From Giardia intestinalis (lineage: Eukaryota), in assembly GCA_000002435.2 (NCBI GenBank), contig CM018792.1: a stretch of 64,000 nucleotides of DNA; one strand, 5' to 3'. Each line of letters begins with the position of its first letter. The stretch's first letter is position 1. Shown piece by piece: positions 49,595-58,279 of this stretch. The notes under the pieces are model-generated. The model was not told the origin of the DNA, did no database searches, and saw nothing but the letters and a program-made list of their open reading frames with translations. The translations under genes were made by a program, and so were the position numbers.

Positions 49595-50040
49595 TTAAGG
49601 AGTCTCTGCCGTAGGATGACCGAACTGGCCGTCATCTAAACCTCTGCATGAGCATAGCAGGTGCGAGCCAGTCAGCGCTTTTTCAGGGCATCCTCGTTGG
49701 GTCTGAGTGCTCACTAATAGTTTCTGCCTCTTCTTGTCTCGAGGTGTGTGTGCACTCGACAGCACCCGTGCAGGACGGCCGTCCCCACAGAGCTGCAGAC
49801 CCTGCCGCTCTGCGACGGGCCGGGCGGTGTGCCTGAGTGTGCCCCCGCTAAGGCTCTGGTTCCCGCAGTAGAGTCTGGGAGGGTGGTCCATGGGTCCAGA
49901 ACGAGCCTGCATACAAGGCAACTATCATGGCCGGCGGCACGAGGGGCCGTATCTCCCATCGAACCCTGCTGGGTGGTATCGTCATGGTGGATGAGTGAGG
50001 AGTAAGGATTCCAAAACTGGCTGAGACTTTTTGCAAAGTT
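49595..50040. other. GC-rich non-coding island of about 450 bp inside a roughly 1-kb gene-free interval, flanked by strongly AT-rich DNA. Candidate structured ncRNA locus; strand undetermined.
   Basis: No ORF longer than about 110 aa. Short overlapping ORFs occur on both strands, which is typical of non-coding GC-rich sequence. The composition contrasts sharply with 50040-50327. Confidence 0.35.
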
Positions 50041-50327
50041 TTATTCTCCTTAGTTGCTATTATGACTATTGAGACTGGTTCTTTAGATATCTGTATTTAA
50101 GTTTAAGGGTTGCATTTGTAAGTATCTACCGTATACTAGTAACTAGGTAATTATCATTAAGCGAGTGTTTGAAGTTTTCTTCTATAGAAAGAATTCTGCT
50201 TCGAGATTGGTTTTTGATTTTGCTAACAGATGCATTCAACGAAAACACTCTTTATTAGTTATAAAATCTAATATTATCTGTAATAGTCGGTATCATGATA
50301 TAATAAACACATCCAACCGAGACTTAA

Positions 50328-51047
50328 ATGTTGTTAGTGCCTCTCTACTTCATACTGGGCGTGCTTACAGCAACATGCACTGGCAGAGCACAGAATAACT
50401 GCGCAAATAATAAGTGCGAAATGCTCGGCGCTACCGAAATCTGCACCCAGTGTAACGCCGGGTATGTCCCCATCGGCGGCGTCTGCACTGCGCACAACGA
50501 TCAGGCCGTTGTCGCTGGGACCGGCGCCGGCTGCCAAAAGACAGGGGACACGGCTGTTGACGGGGGGTCCACCGTGTGTGAGAAGTGCACCGAGGCCAAC
50601 TACTTCCTCTTTATGGGCGGCTGCTACAAGACAGGCGAGGCCCCCGGAAATCTGATCTGCACGGCCGCAGCCTCTGGGAAGTGCAGCGCCTGTGTTGAGA
50701 ACGGGAATGTCTTCAAGAACAAGAATAGCAGCCCAACGCTCGGTACAGAGTGCATTCTGTGCTCAGACGACACAGGCTCGAATAACAACAAGGGCGTTGC
50801 TAACTGCGCGACGTGCACTGCCCCGTCGGCGGACTCGGGCACCGCCACCTGCAAGACGTGCTTGCCTGAGTTTGCTCTTGACGGGTCGGCGAATGCATGT
50901 ATATCTAACAGTGGTACTGGTGGAAACGTCAACAAGAGCGGCCTCTCCACTGGTGCTATTGCAGGAATCGCCGTGGCCGTTGTTATCGTCGTCGGGGGCC
51001 TTGTGGGCTTCCTCTGCTGGTGGTTCCTCTGCCGGGGAAAGGCGTAG
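50328..51047 (+). CDS. Variant-specific surface protein (VSP), small (239 aa). It has a signal peptide, CxxC repeats, a GGCY motif, a TM segment and the invariant C-terminal CRGKA.
   Basis: MLLVPLYFILGVLTATC..., MGGCYKTG, and ...GGLVGFLCWWFLCRGKA* read from the translation. About 300 bp of AT-rich sequence lies upstream. Confidence 0.95.
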   Translation: MLLVPLYFILGVLTATCTGRAQNNCANNKCEMLGATEICTQCNAGYVPIGGVCTAHNDQAVVAGTGAGCQKTGDTAVDGGSTVCEKCTEANYFLFMGGCYKTGEAPGNLICTAAASGKCSACVENGNVFKNKNSSPTLGTECILCSDDTGSNNNKGVANCATCTAPSADSGTATCKTCLPEFALDGSANACISNSGTGGNVNKSGLSTGAIAGIAVAVVIVVGGLVGFLCWWFLCRGKA

Positions 51048-51058
51048 ATTTAGATGTG

Positions 51059-51073
51059 ACTTAGGTAGTAAAC
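51059..51073 (+). terminator. VSP-type extended polyadenylation signal ACTTAGGTAGTAAAC, containing the AGTAAAC core (51067-51073), 12 nt after the VSP stop.
   Basis: Exact match to the conserved VSP 3' motif ACTYAGRTAGTRAAY, which includes the Giardia poly(A) signal AGTRAAY. Confidence 0.8.
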
Positions 51074-51298
51074 GTAGTATAGATGGATTCCGTGCTTGGC
51101 GACCGTCTGGCCACTGGGTCCCTGATGAAGATGAATTCATCTTATTTAAAAGGTGGCCATGCTCATCTCGAATGCTCTCCTGATCGTTTTCAGATGTTCG
51201 TTAGAGCAATCACCTAATATATGGAGCTTCAATAGGGACCTCATAAAAGTGATTCAGGGCAAAACAGGTCCAACTGAATTTCTTTTCAAACTTTCCAG

Positions 51299-53080
51299 AT
51301 GGACGTGTACATACCCCCAACTCTCATTCTAAAGCGCACAATGTCTACAAGGAATGAAGATTTTGTTTGTCTTGTCCGTTCTCAGCTGAGCAGCAAGCTG
51401 TTTGTGATCCGTGGGATCTATTTGCACTCCATGAATTCTGCCCAGTTGAATGCATTGGCACAGCTACGGAAACTTGTGGACCAGCTGGAGCATCCTGTGC
51501 TTCTTAGGCACTTCAAAATTGATCAAGGGATTGCCAATAAGTGTTTTGTTCACAGCGAGTACTGTGAGCTAGGATCTCTAGAATTGGAGCTTGTGCAGCG
51601 CCGCGAAGATGGGGAATATATCAATGAGCTTCTCATTTGGGAGTACATTGCCCAATTGGTTGATATAACACTTTTTATTGTCAGTCAAGTTGGCGTGGAA
51701 AATATGGATGGGCAGTTCTTTCTCTACCGGTTTTTCAAGCCATCCAACATCTTTCTGTGCGAGAATGGTTGTATTAAAACGGGCGATTATGGTTTCTTCA
51801 GCCCACCCACACGGCACACAGAGGTATTTCGCGTCGGGAAATGGATCAATTACGTAGCACCAGAGGTATTTCGAGGACAATCTCCAACTCTCCGATCAGC
51901 AATATTTTCGTTTGGTTGTGTAGTGTATGCATTGTGCACATGCACTGATCCGCACTTATTTGACGTTGGGGAGACAGAAATAGTGCCCCCAAGAGTGAGC
52001 CCGTCATTGGTGATACCAATCCAGTACTCTCTGGCGTTGCGGACATTAATGCATGATATGCTCAAAGTCAGCCCCAAAGATAGAATAACCTTTAGTAAGA
52101 TTGCACGCCACAAGTTGGTAGAGGAAGCACGGTATAGGGTGAGGGCTAAGCAACTTGGCCAGCAACAGTACAATCTGCCAGCAATAGCTGAGCCAATAAG
52201 ACCCGAATCAGCGGTGCATAATGAAACGTCTACTACTGAGTTAAACATCGTGAGCACCGAATCCCAACAACAACAGGCAGAAAGTCTTCCTACACTAAAG
52301 CACCGGATTATCAATCCTGTCATCACAGAGAAGGGCGTCATAAATTCACACGGACACCAGCTGTACTTTCTACGGACGGCAGGAATGCCCAAGAAGTACA
52401 TCCAGAAGTACAAGTCAACTACAAATGTGCTCCATTACGCTGCATCAACGCGCAATTTTGACCTTCTTGAACGGAGGCTCGATTTCGCCGGAGGGTTTGA
52501 CGATGACGGTCGGACTGCGTTGATGATATGTGTAGAAGTGGGGTTTATGAAGGGCCTCAAGGTACTACTTGAGTATGAGGCTAGAAAGCGGTGTAAAAAC
52601 ATCTACAAATACGAGCGTGTGATCTCCACACATCCCAACGCCCTTACCATTGCGGCAATACGAGGGTCTCTGGAGTTTGTTAAGGAACTTTATGACGTAG
52701 AGGGGGCAGACAAGAATCCAGACGGTTTGACGCCCCTTATGTGTGCCGCCATCAACGGAAAGCTGGATGTGGTAAAGTTCTTAGTGGTAAAACAGAGCCG
52801 ACTGCGATCTCCAGGAAACAAGACGGCGCTTATGCATGCTGCTGAGCACGGCCACACACGCTGCGTGGAGACTCTTTGTGCCTGGGAGATAGGGCTGCAA
52901 GATGACAATGGCATGACTGCACTGATGCTTGCAGCTATCAACGGACATTTGGGATGTGTTCGACAACTCTGCAACATGGAAGGCAACATGCGGAATAAGA
53001 ATAACTTGCTAGCTGTTGATCTGGTCAATGCAACACGCTACCAAAATATATATAAGGTGCTTTATGACGTCGAAGGTTGA
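51299..53080 (+). CDS. NEK-like pseudokinase with C-terminal ankyrin repeats. HRD is degenerated to RFFKPSNIF and DFG to DYG.
   Basis: Residual kinase subdomains are visible (GDYGF...YVAPEVF...FSFGCVVYALCT). At least 4 ankyrin repeats follow (TALMICVEVGF..., LTPLMCAAINGKLDVVKFLV, KTALMHAAEHGHTRCVETL, MTALMLAAINGHLGCVRQL). Confidence 0.8.
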   Translation: MDVYIPPTLILKRTMSTRNEDFVCLVRSQLSSKLFVIRGIYLHSMNSAQLNALAQLRKLVDQLEHPVLLRHFKIDQGIANKCFVHSEYCELGSLELELVQRREDGEYINELLIWEYIAQLVDITLFIVSQVGVENMDGQFFLYRFFKPSNIFLCENGCIKTGDYGFFSPPTRHTEVFRVGKWINYVAPEVFRGQSPTLRSAIFSFGCVVYALCTCTDPHLFDVGETEIVPPRVSPSLVIPIQYSLALRTLMHDMLKVSPKDRITFSKIARHKLVEEARYRVRAKQLGQQQYNLPAIAEPIRPESAVHNETSTTELNIVSTESQQQQAESLPTLKHRIINPVITEKGVINSHGHQLYFLRTAGMPKKYIQKYKSTTNVLHYAASTRNFDLLERRLDFAGGFDDDGRTALMICVEVGFMKGLKVLLEYEARKRCKNIYKYERVISTHPNALTIAAIRGSLEFVKELYDVEGADKNPDGLTPLMCAAINGKLDVVKFLVVKQSRLRSPGNKTALMHAAEHGHTRCVETLCAWEIGLQDDNGMTALMLAAINGHLGCVRQLCNMEGNMRNKNNLLAVDLVNATRYQNIYKVLYDVEG

Positions 53081-53117
53081 TAAGTTTAGTGGAGATATGG
53101 AACACAAAAAATAAGTA

Positions 53118-54197
53118 ATGGATTGCGAAAGCAGATCTGCCGTACTCACTTCACCTACGGTATATGCTGATATTGGCGGCAGTTTGGTGAAGGTTGCACT
53201 GGTTACTCTGGTGCCCCAAGCGGAAGTCCCTCAGAAGACTCCAGTTCCGCCTCACAAAGTCTGCTCCAACGGAAGCTTTGACCGGTGCTTTTGCCCTCAC
53301 CTCACTATAGACTCTCCGCTTCTCGGCGGATCCATATTCTTCTATGTGTTTCCGACAACCCACAACCTGGAACTCTTTTTGAGCTTTCTGTCGGATGTGT
53401 GCTCTAGAAAGTCGTTGAAAGGAAGCTGCCTTCACTTTACTGGAGGCGGGGCTCTGAAGTATGTCGACCTCATCAAGACAGCGACGCTTGCTGACCGAGT
53501 GCAGTATCATGATGAACTACAGACAATTGTGGGTGGTCTAAAGCTTTTGTCGAAGCTTGGCTTAGAGGGCGAACTGCAGGAACTCACACCACATGGTTTA
53601 GAGTCGTTTAACGGTGTTCTCGATCATTTTCTTCTGGTGCAGATAGGGTCTGGGATATCCATTGTGGAGGTTACAGGAAATAAAACGACCAGGATTGATG
53701 GAAGCGCACTAGGTGGTGCCACATTCATGGGACTTAGTTCCTGCATATGTGGAGTCAATCAAGAGTTCAAGGACTTACTTGGAGCAGCACGAAAGGGGGC
53801 TGCTAACTCTGCAGACCTTTTGGTTGGAGACATTTGTAACTCCGAAACGTATTTAAATATGCTTGATCCAGACGTTCTAGCTGCATGTGGAGGGAAAATG
53901 CGAGACGGTGACATCGATACTAATTCTAAACTAGCATCTGTTCTACGAATGCTTGTGATAAACGCTATACACATATCTGTCTTGAATGCCCGCCTGACCA
54001 ATTCAACAATCATACTATTGTCTGGAGGTTTTATGGACTCCATAGAAGCAACCACAGAGTACTATGCAGAGGCTCTGTCTTGGTATGGCCAAGAGCGTTT
54101 AAAAGGACTCGTTGTAAGACATCACGGTTTCTTGGGTGTTCTAGGCATAATAACGGCTCTCAAAGGATGGTCTAGTGCAAATCTTCAGTTCAAGTAA
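53118..54197 (+). CDS. Pantothenate kinase, eukaryotic type II (Fumble-like).
   Basis: YADIGGSLVKVALV (compare DIGGTLVKL), LLVQIGSGISIVEV (compare NIGSGVSI), and IDGSALGGATFMGLSSCICG (compare GTSLGGGTFLGL) are type II PanK signature blocks. Confidence 0.82.
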   Translation: MDCESRSAVLTSPTVYADIGGSLVKVALVTLVPQAEVPQKTPVPPHKVCSNGSFDRCFCPHLTIDSPLLGGSIFFYVFPTTHNLELFLSFLSDVCSRKSLKGSCLHFTGGGALKYVDLIKTATLADRVQYHDELQTIVGGLKLLSKLGLEGELQELTPHGLESFNGVLDHFLLVQIGSGISIVEVTGNKTTRIDGSALGGATFMGLSSCICGVNQEFKDLLGAARKGAANSADLLVGDICNSETYLNMLDPDVLAACGGKMRDGDIDTNSKLASVLRMLVINAIHISVLNARLTNSTIILLSGGFMDSIEATTEYYAEALSWYGQERLKGLVVRHHGFLGVLGIITALKGWSSANLQFK

Positions 54198-54200
54198 AAA

Positions 54201-57200
54201 ATGGCGCAAGAGCTCATCTCGGATGGCTACCGAGACGCGGTTTTCGTCGACCGGGGCTCCGCGGGGGCGCTGTTCCGCGCAGTGCGGGTACAGGACGGGG
54301 TCGTCGTCGCGGTGCGGGCCCTCGACCCGGAGCGGATCGGGGTTGCGCGCTGCGAGGAGCTCGCCCGAGAGCACACCGCGGCCGCAGCCCTCCCCCACCC
54401 CAGGCTCCTCGCCTGCGGGCCTGCGGTCTCGGAGCCTGACGCGGTCCTCCTTGAGACCGAGTGGTGCCCCGACGGGTCGCTCGCAGGGCTCCTCCGGCGG
54501 CAGCGGCGGGCAGGCCCCTTCTCTGAGGACCGCATCTGGGAGCTCGCGGCCCAGCTCGCAGAGGCGTTGGCGTTCCTCCACAGCCCGCTCAAGGCCCGGG
54601 GCGTCCTCGCCCACGGCCGCGTCTCACCCTCCGCCGTCCTCCTCGCCGGCCCGCGCGCGAAGCTCGGGGACTGTCTCCGTGCCCCGTCTCCACCGGGCCC
54701 GTACGCGGCACCAGAGGTCGCTCGGGGCGGCCCCCCGACACCTGCAGCAGACGTCTGGGCCCTGGGGTGCGTCCTCGTCGAGCTCTGCACCCTTCGCGCG
54801 CCCTGCTGGGACCCCGCTGCGCTCGCCGCAGACCCTGTGCCCGCTCTCGAGCGCTGCCCTGACACCCTCCGCGCCGCTGCCGCCGCGTGCCTCTGCGTCG
54901 ACCCCGCCCGCCGGATCTCCGCCGCGACCTTCGTGACCTTCCCGCCCGCCCTCTGGGCCCTCCACCGCGTCGAGCAGGCCGCACCCTCTGCGGTCCCTCG
55001 CGTTCAGTTATCATCCGCATTACTGAGATCCTCTGGAATTGCTCAAGGGTTTATGTCTCACCTCGGACAACAAGAAAACGTATTTTCTGCAGTTGCACAA
55101 AATGACCCCGAGATGCTCAAGTCGGCAATCCAGTCGCTCGGTGACACAGCTCCGCTAGCACAGCTACTAATGGAAGCGTGTGATAAAAAGGCGTACAAGG
55201 TAATGCCCCATCTTTGCAGACTGGTCGCTGCAACAAAGACTCCTATTACGTTGTCGTGGTGGAAGGGAAATCAGGTCACGAGAAAAACACTGCTTATGCT
55301 TGCTGTTGAGACACAGGCCATTGAAATGATTGAAAGAAACATGGATAGTCTATGTGCAATGTATGAGGATTGTACTGCGCTTATGATTGCGGCCAAAGAG
55401 GGAAAGTATCGGTGTTTGATGCATCTCCTTTGTGAGCTGGGTATTTCATCGTCTACGGGAAAGAGTGCCTTGATGTATGCAGCTGAGTATGGATTCTCTG
55501 ATTGTGTATCTCTCCTTCTGCCGGAAGTCGGAAAGGAAGATGACCATGGTTTAACGGCACATGCTTATGCGACTAAGAACGGACACGCAGGATGCATAGC
55601 TATTCTGTCTCAATACGAGTCAGAAACTGCGCACTCTAAAACTGACCTATGCAAACTTTCAGCGATTAGGCAGAGTGAAGATGGTAGCGAGCCAAGTGCT
55701 CCTGAACTTCCTGTGTTGGATGCCTCTAGATCATCTAGGTGTACCCAGTCAAAAAGCAGAATTCATAAGCCGGAACCCATGTTAGTGGAACCAGGCCCTG
55801 TCAATCAGCTCTTACTTAGCAAAACCACTGCCTCTACTGGACGTTTCATAGCTTCGACCTCTTTGAGCCCGGATGACCCCATCACAACGATACTATCTCC
55901 GATGAAGTCTCCAGACTCTAAGCAGCCACGACTAGTTAAAAGTGATACAATCAACGAACTACATGCGCTTGCTCGCGAGTCTCAAGATGAAGTTGTAAAG
56001 CCACTTTTGGCAACTCGCTCTGTAAGCCAGGCTAATCGTCAACCTCACCCGAAGACATCTTCTGATTACAAGAAGACATCTAAGCCCGGCAGTAGATCGC
56101 ACAGCAAAGAGCGAGACACTCTTGAAAATGCGATTCTACGCAACAATCCATCTGCTGTCGTCCTTCACCTTCATGATTTCGCCGCAAACCCACAGCCATA
56201 TGTGGACTTGGTATTCACAGAGAAAAAGTTCAAAGTCTTGCCAACTCTCTGCCGCTATCTTGCAAAAAAACACCTCAAGGCAAAAATACGCACCAGGGTT
56301 GCAACGCCCGTCGAAGAGTTAACATCTCTAATGCGAGCGGTGATAAATTGCGACCACCAGGGCGTGAAGGAGCATATAAGGGAGGCTGGTAATGAGTACG
56401 TGGGATGGCTAAGCTATACAGACACAACGGGCAAGGGATACATTCTGAGTAATTGCACAGCACTCATGATTGCAGCGGCAAGAGGAGACGCCGAGTGTAC
56501 AAAGCACCTCTTATGCGAAATGGGTGTATATTTAAACAGTAAGTGCACTTCTCTGACATATGCCATTCTCGGTGGGCACCATGAATGTGTCAGACTCCTG
56601 CTTCTGGAGTCTGACATCAGTGGCTGCACAATGCTTATGCGGTGCTGCTTCTTTAATAACCATAAGGAAATCCCTAATTATCTCACTGAAGCCAAGGCAG
56701 CTATAGGCCCCGGCCGCACAGCTCTTATGATTGCAGCGCAACTTGGAAACAAAGAAAGTGTAGAAGCTCTGGTTGACTACGAGGGCGGTCTGCAGGACAA
56801 AGATGGCATTACGGCTCTGTATCTGGCATCCAGTAACAATCAGCTGGATTGCATCAAGCTTCTTCTGGAAAAAGAAAAGCGGATCAAGACTAATGTCGGC
56901 TGGACAGCACTAATGGCAGCTGCGCAGAAGGGCCATGCAGATAGTGTGCAGCTCTTGTTGGAGGCAGAGAGTGGATACCAGAAAAGTGATGGCTGGACTG
57001 CCTTGATGCTGGCAGCGCAGGCTGGGCATGCGGATTGTGCATCCTTGCTAGCTTCCAAAGAGGCATGCATGACAAAGCCGGATGGGTGGACTGCCCTAAT
57101 GATCGCTGCTCAAGAAGGTCACCATCGGGTTGTCAAAGTCCTGATGAAGAGCGAAGCAGGACGGCAACAGAAGACAGGAATATCAGCCCTTATGTTGGCT

Positions 57201-57398
57201 GCACAGAGCGGGCACGATAGATGCGTCTTGCTCCTACGAGAGCTTGAGGCTCAGCTCGTGGACAAACGCGGATTGACTGCCCTAGATTATGCTTCCCAAC
57301 TAAAGGAAGATAACATCGATCGTGAACAGCAGGAAAAGCACGCTCTTTGTGTTTCATATTTACAAGCCGGCGGTTCTGGTAAGGACAAGACTAATTAG
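54201..57398 (+). CDS. NEK-like pseudokinase (very GC-rich N-terminal about 270 aa) fused to about 15 ankyrin repeats (1065 aa), of the 'protein 21.1'/NEK-ankyrin type.
   Basis: LETEWCPDGSLAGLL (hinge), YAAPEV, and DVWALGCVLVELCT (NEK subdomain IX) are retained, but HRD is replaced by AHGRVSPSAVLL and DFG by LGDC. Repeated TALMxAA.G...CV..LL modules run from about 55300 onward. The ATG lies 3 bp after the PanK stop. Confidence 0.82.
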   Translation: MAQELISDGYRDAVFVDRGSAGALFRAVRVQDGVVVAVRALDPERIGVARCEELAREHTAAAALPHPRLLACGPAVSEPDAVLLETEWCPDGSLAGLLRRQRRAGPFSEDRIWELAAQLAEALAFLHSPLKARGVLAHGRVSPSAVLLAGPRAKLGDCLRAPSPPGPYAAPEVARGGPPTPAADVWALGCVLVELCTLRAPCWDPAALAADPVPALERCPDTLRAAAAACLCVDPARRISAATFVTFPPALWALHRVEQAAPSAVPRVQLSSALLRSSGIAQGFMSHLGQQENVFSAVAQNDPEMLKSAIQSLGDTAPLAQLLMEACDKKAYKVMPHLCRLVAATKTPITLSWWKGNQVTRKTLLMLAVETQAIEMIERNMDSLCAMYEDCTALMIAAKEGKYRCLMHLLCELGISSSTGKSALMYAAEYGFSDCVSLLLPEVGKEDDHGLTAHAYATKNGHAGCIAILSQYESETAHSKTDLCKLSAIRQSEDGSEPSAPELPVLDASRSSRCTQSKSRIHKPEPMLVEPGPVNQLLLSKTTASTGRFIASTSLSPDDPITTILSPMKSPDSKQPRLVKSDTINELHALARESQDEVVKPLLATRSVSQANRQPHPKTSSDYKKTSKPGSRSHSKERDTLENAILRNNPSAVVLHLHDFAANPQPYVDLVFTEKKFKVLPTLCRYLAKKHLKAKIRTRVATPVEELTSLMRAVINCDHQGVKEHIREAGNEYVGWLSYTDTTGKGYILSNCTALMIAAARGDAECTKHLLCEMGVYLNSKCTSLTYAILGGHHECVRLLLLESDISGCTMLMRCCFFNNHKEIPNYLTEAKAAIGPGRTALMIAAQLGNKESVEALVDYEGGLQDKDGITALYLASSNNQLDCIKLLLEKEKRIKTNVGWTALMAAAQKGHADSVQLLLEAESGYQKSDGWTALMLAAQAGHADCASLLASKEACMTKPDGWTALMIAAQEGHHRVVKVLMKSEAGRQQKTGISALMLAAQSGHDRCVLLLRELEAQLVDKRGLTALDYASQLKEDNIDREQQEKHALCVSYLQAGGSGKDKTN

Positions 57399-57927
57399 AC
57401 ACACAGAAGAGCTCATTGCAAAGAGCTATGCTGACATTTGTAATCTCAGTAAATGGCAGTGGCGTAGCAAATAGCGCGTCTTCGTCTATCCGAGGGTCTA
57501 AGTACTTGCGCAGTTCTTGTTTGAAAAGCCTATTCCGCTCCTGTTCAGAAGCAACGGCTGCTCTTTCAGCTGTTCGAAGTCTGGCATATTCCCCGTTAGA
57601 TGCCAAGCCTTGAATAGATGCCAACTCTTCGCTAGCTAACGCTGCCTCCTGAAAGATTCGACGATCTCTTCCAGCCTCTGCCGAAGCGAGGAGAGCTCGA
57701 TGAATCTGATTAATCTGCTGTTGCTGCTGATATCTGTGACTGTCTGCAGGGATCCGGAAATGGCTATACTGCTGTATGGACGCCTCCACGGCGTTATTCT
57801 TCTCAGGCTTGATAACATACGGTAGCTTTATTGCTTCGGAGAGTGTCACACCGATGTTTGCCTGCTTCCTCGGCCTGCCTCTGCCGGTTTGTTTGCGCAC
57901 AATGAATGGAGCTGAGAACACCTCCAT
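57391..57927 (-). CDS. Hypothetical protein with an AT-hook (GRGRPRK) (178 aa). Its 3' end overlaps the convergent NEK-ankyrin gene by 8 bp.
   Basis: ATG at 57925-57927. The AT-hook motif is near the N-terminus. Confidence 0.55.
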   Translation of the reverse strand: MEVFSAPFIVRKQTGRGRPRKQANIGVTLSEAIKLPYVIKPEKNNAVEASIQQYSHFRIPADSHRYQQQQQINQIHRALLASAEAGRDRRIFQEAALASEELASIQGLASNGEYARLRTAERAAVASEQERNRLFKQELRKYLDPRIDEDALFATPLPFTEITNVSIALCNELFCVSN

Positions 57928-58279
57928 ACCTTCTAGAAATGCTAGTTAAAAAATACAAACGACAACACGTCTAACAGTCTCGCGTTCAGAGACCCCTCAG
58001 CCCCTTCCGAGCGGTCTGTCTTGGGGCGAGGAGCGGAAGACACACGATCACGATCTTTCTCAGCGCTTTTTGGGCGGTGAGTTTTCTCCGACTCCACGCC
58101 CATCGAGATTGGCAACTAAGAGCCCACGGAAATCCCTGGAAGGATCATCTTCTCCCTGCTGCGCTGATACGCTGTTGCAAAGGGCATTAGATCGTATCTG
58201 CCCTAGTCCAGGTCCAGCTGCTTATGACACTTCGCGAAGCGCCACTGCCCTGAGCACTCGGTATACAAGCACAGCATCC

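Noticed and set aside
49800-49860. A 7SL/SRP-RNA Alu-domain-like 5' sequence (GGCCGGGCGGTG...GCCTG) in the GC-rich non-coding island.
   Set aside because: It is only a superficial resemblance. I could not find the conserved helix-8 GNRA/AGCAG elements on either strand, and pairing partners are not evident by eye. I retained it only as one hypothesis to test with covariance models.
54141-55020. Several long overlapping ORFs on both strands (54141-54614, 54175-54936, 54227-54865, 54589-55020, 54624-54965), some encoding Arg/Pro/Ser-rich 'proteins'.
   Set aside because: They all fall inside the GC-rich pseudokinase-coding segment. High GC suppresses stop codons in every frame. Only the 54201 frame continues into a recognisable kinase-like fold and ankyrin repeats.
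23699-58070. ORF-track start codons at 23699, 28513, 33290, 37056, 42542, 45256 and 58070.
   Set aside because: Each is TTG (or another non-ATG codon) rendered as 'M' by the ORF finder. For a eukaryotic genome of this type I re-anchored the CDSs on the first in-frame ATG, which in most cases is preceded by an AT-rich leader.
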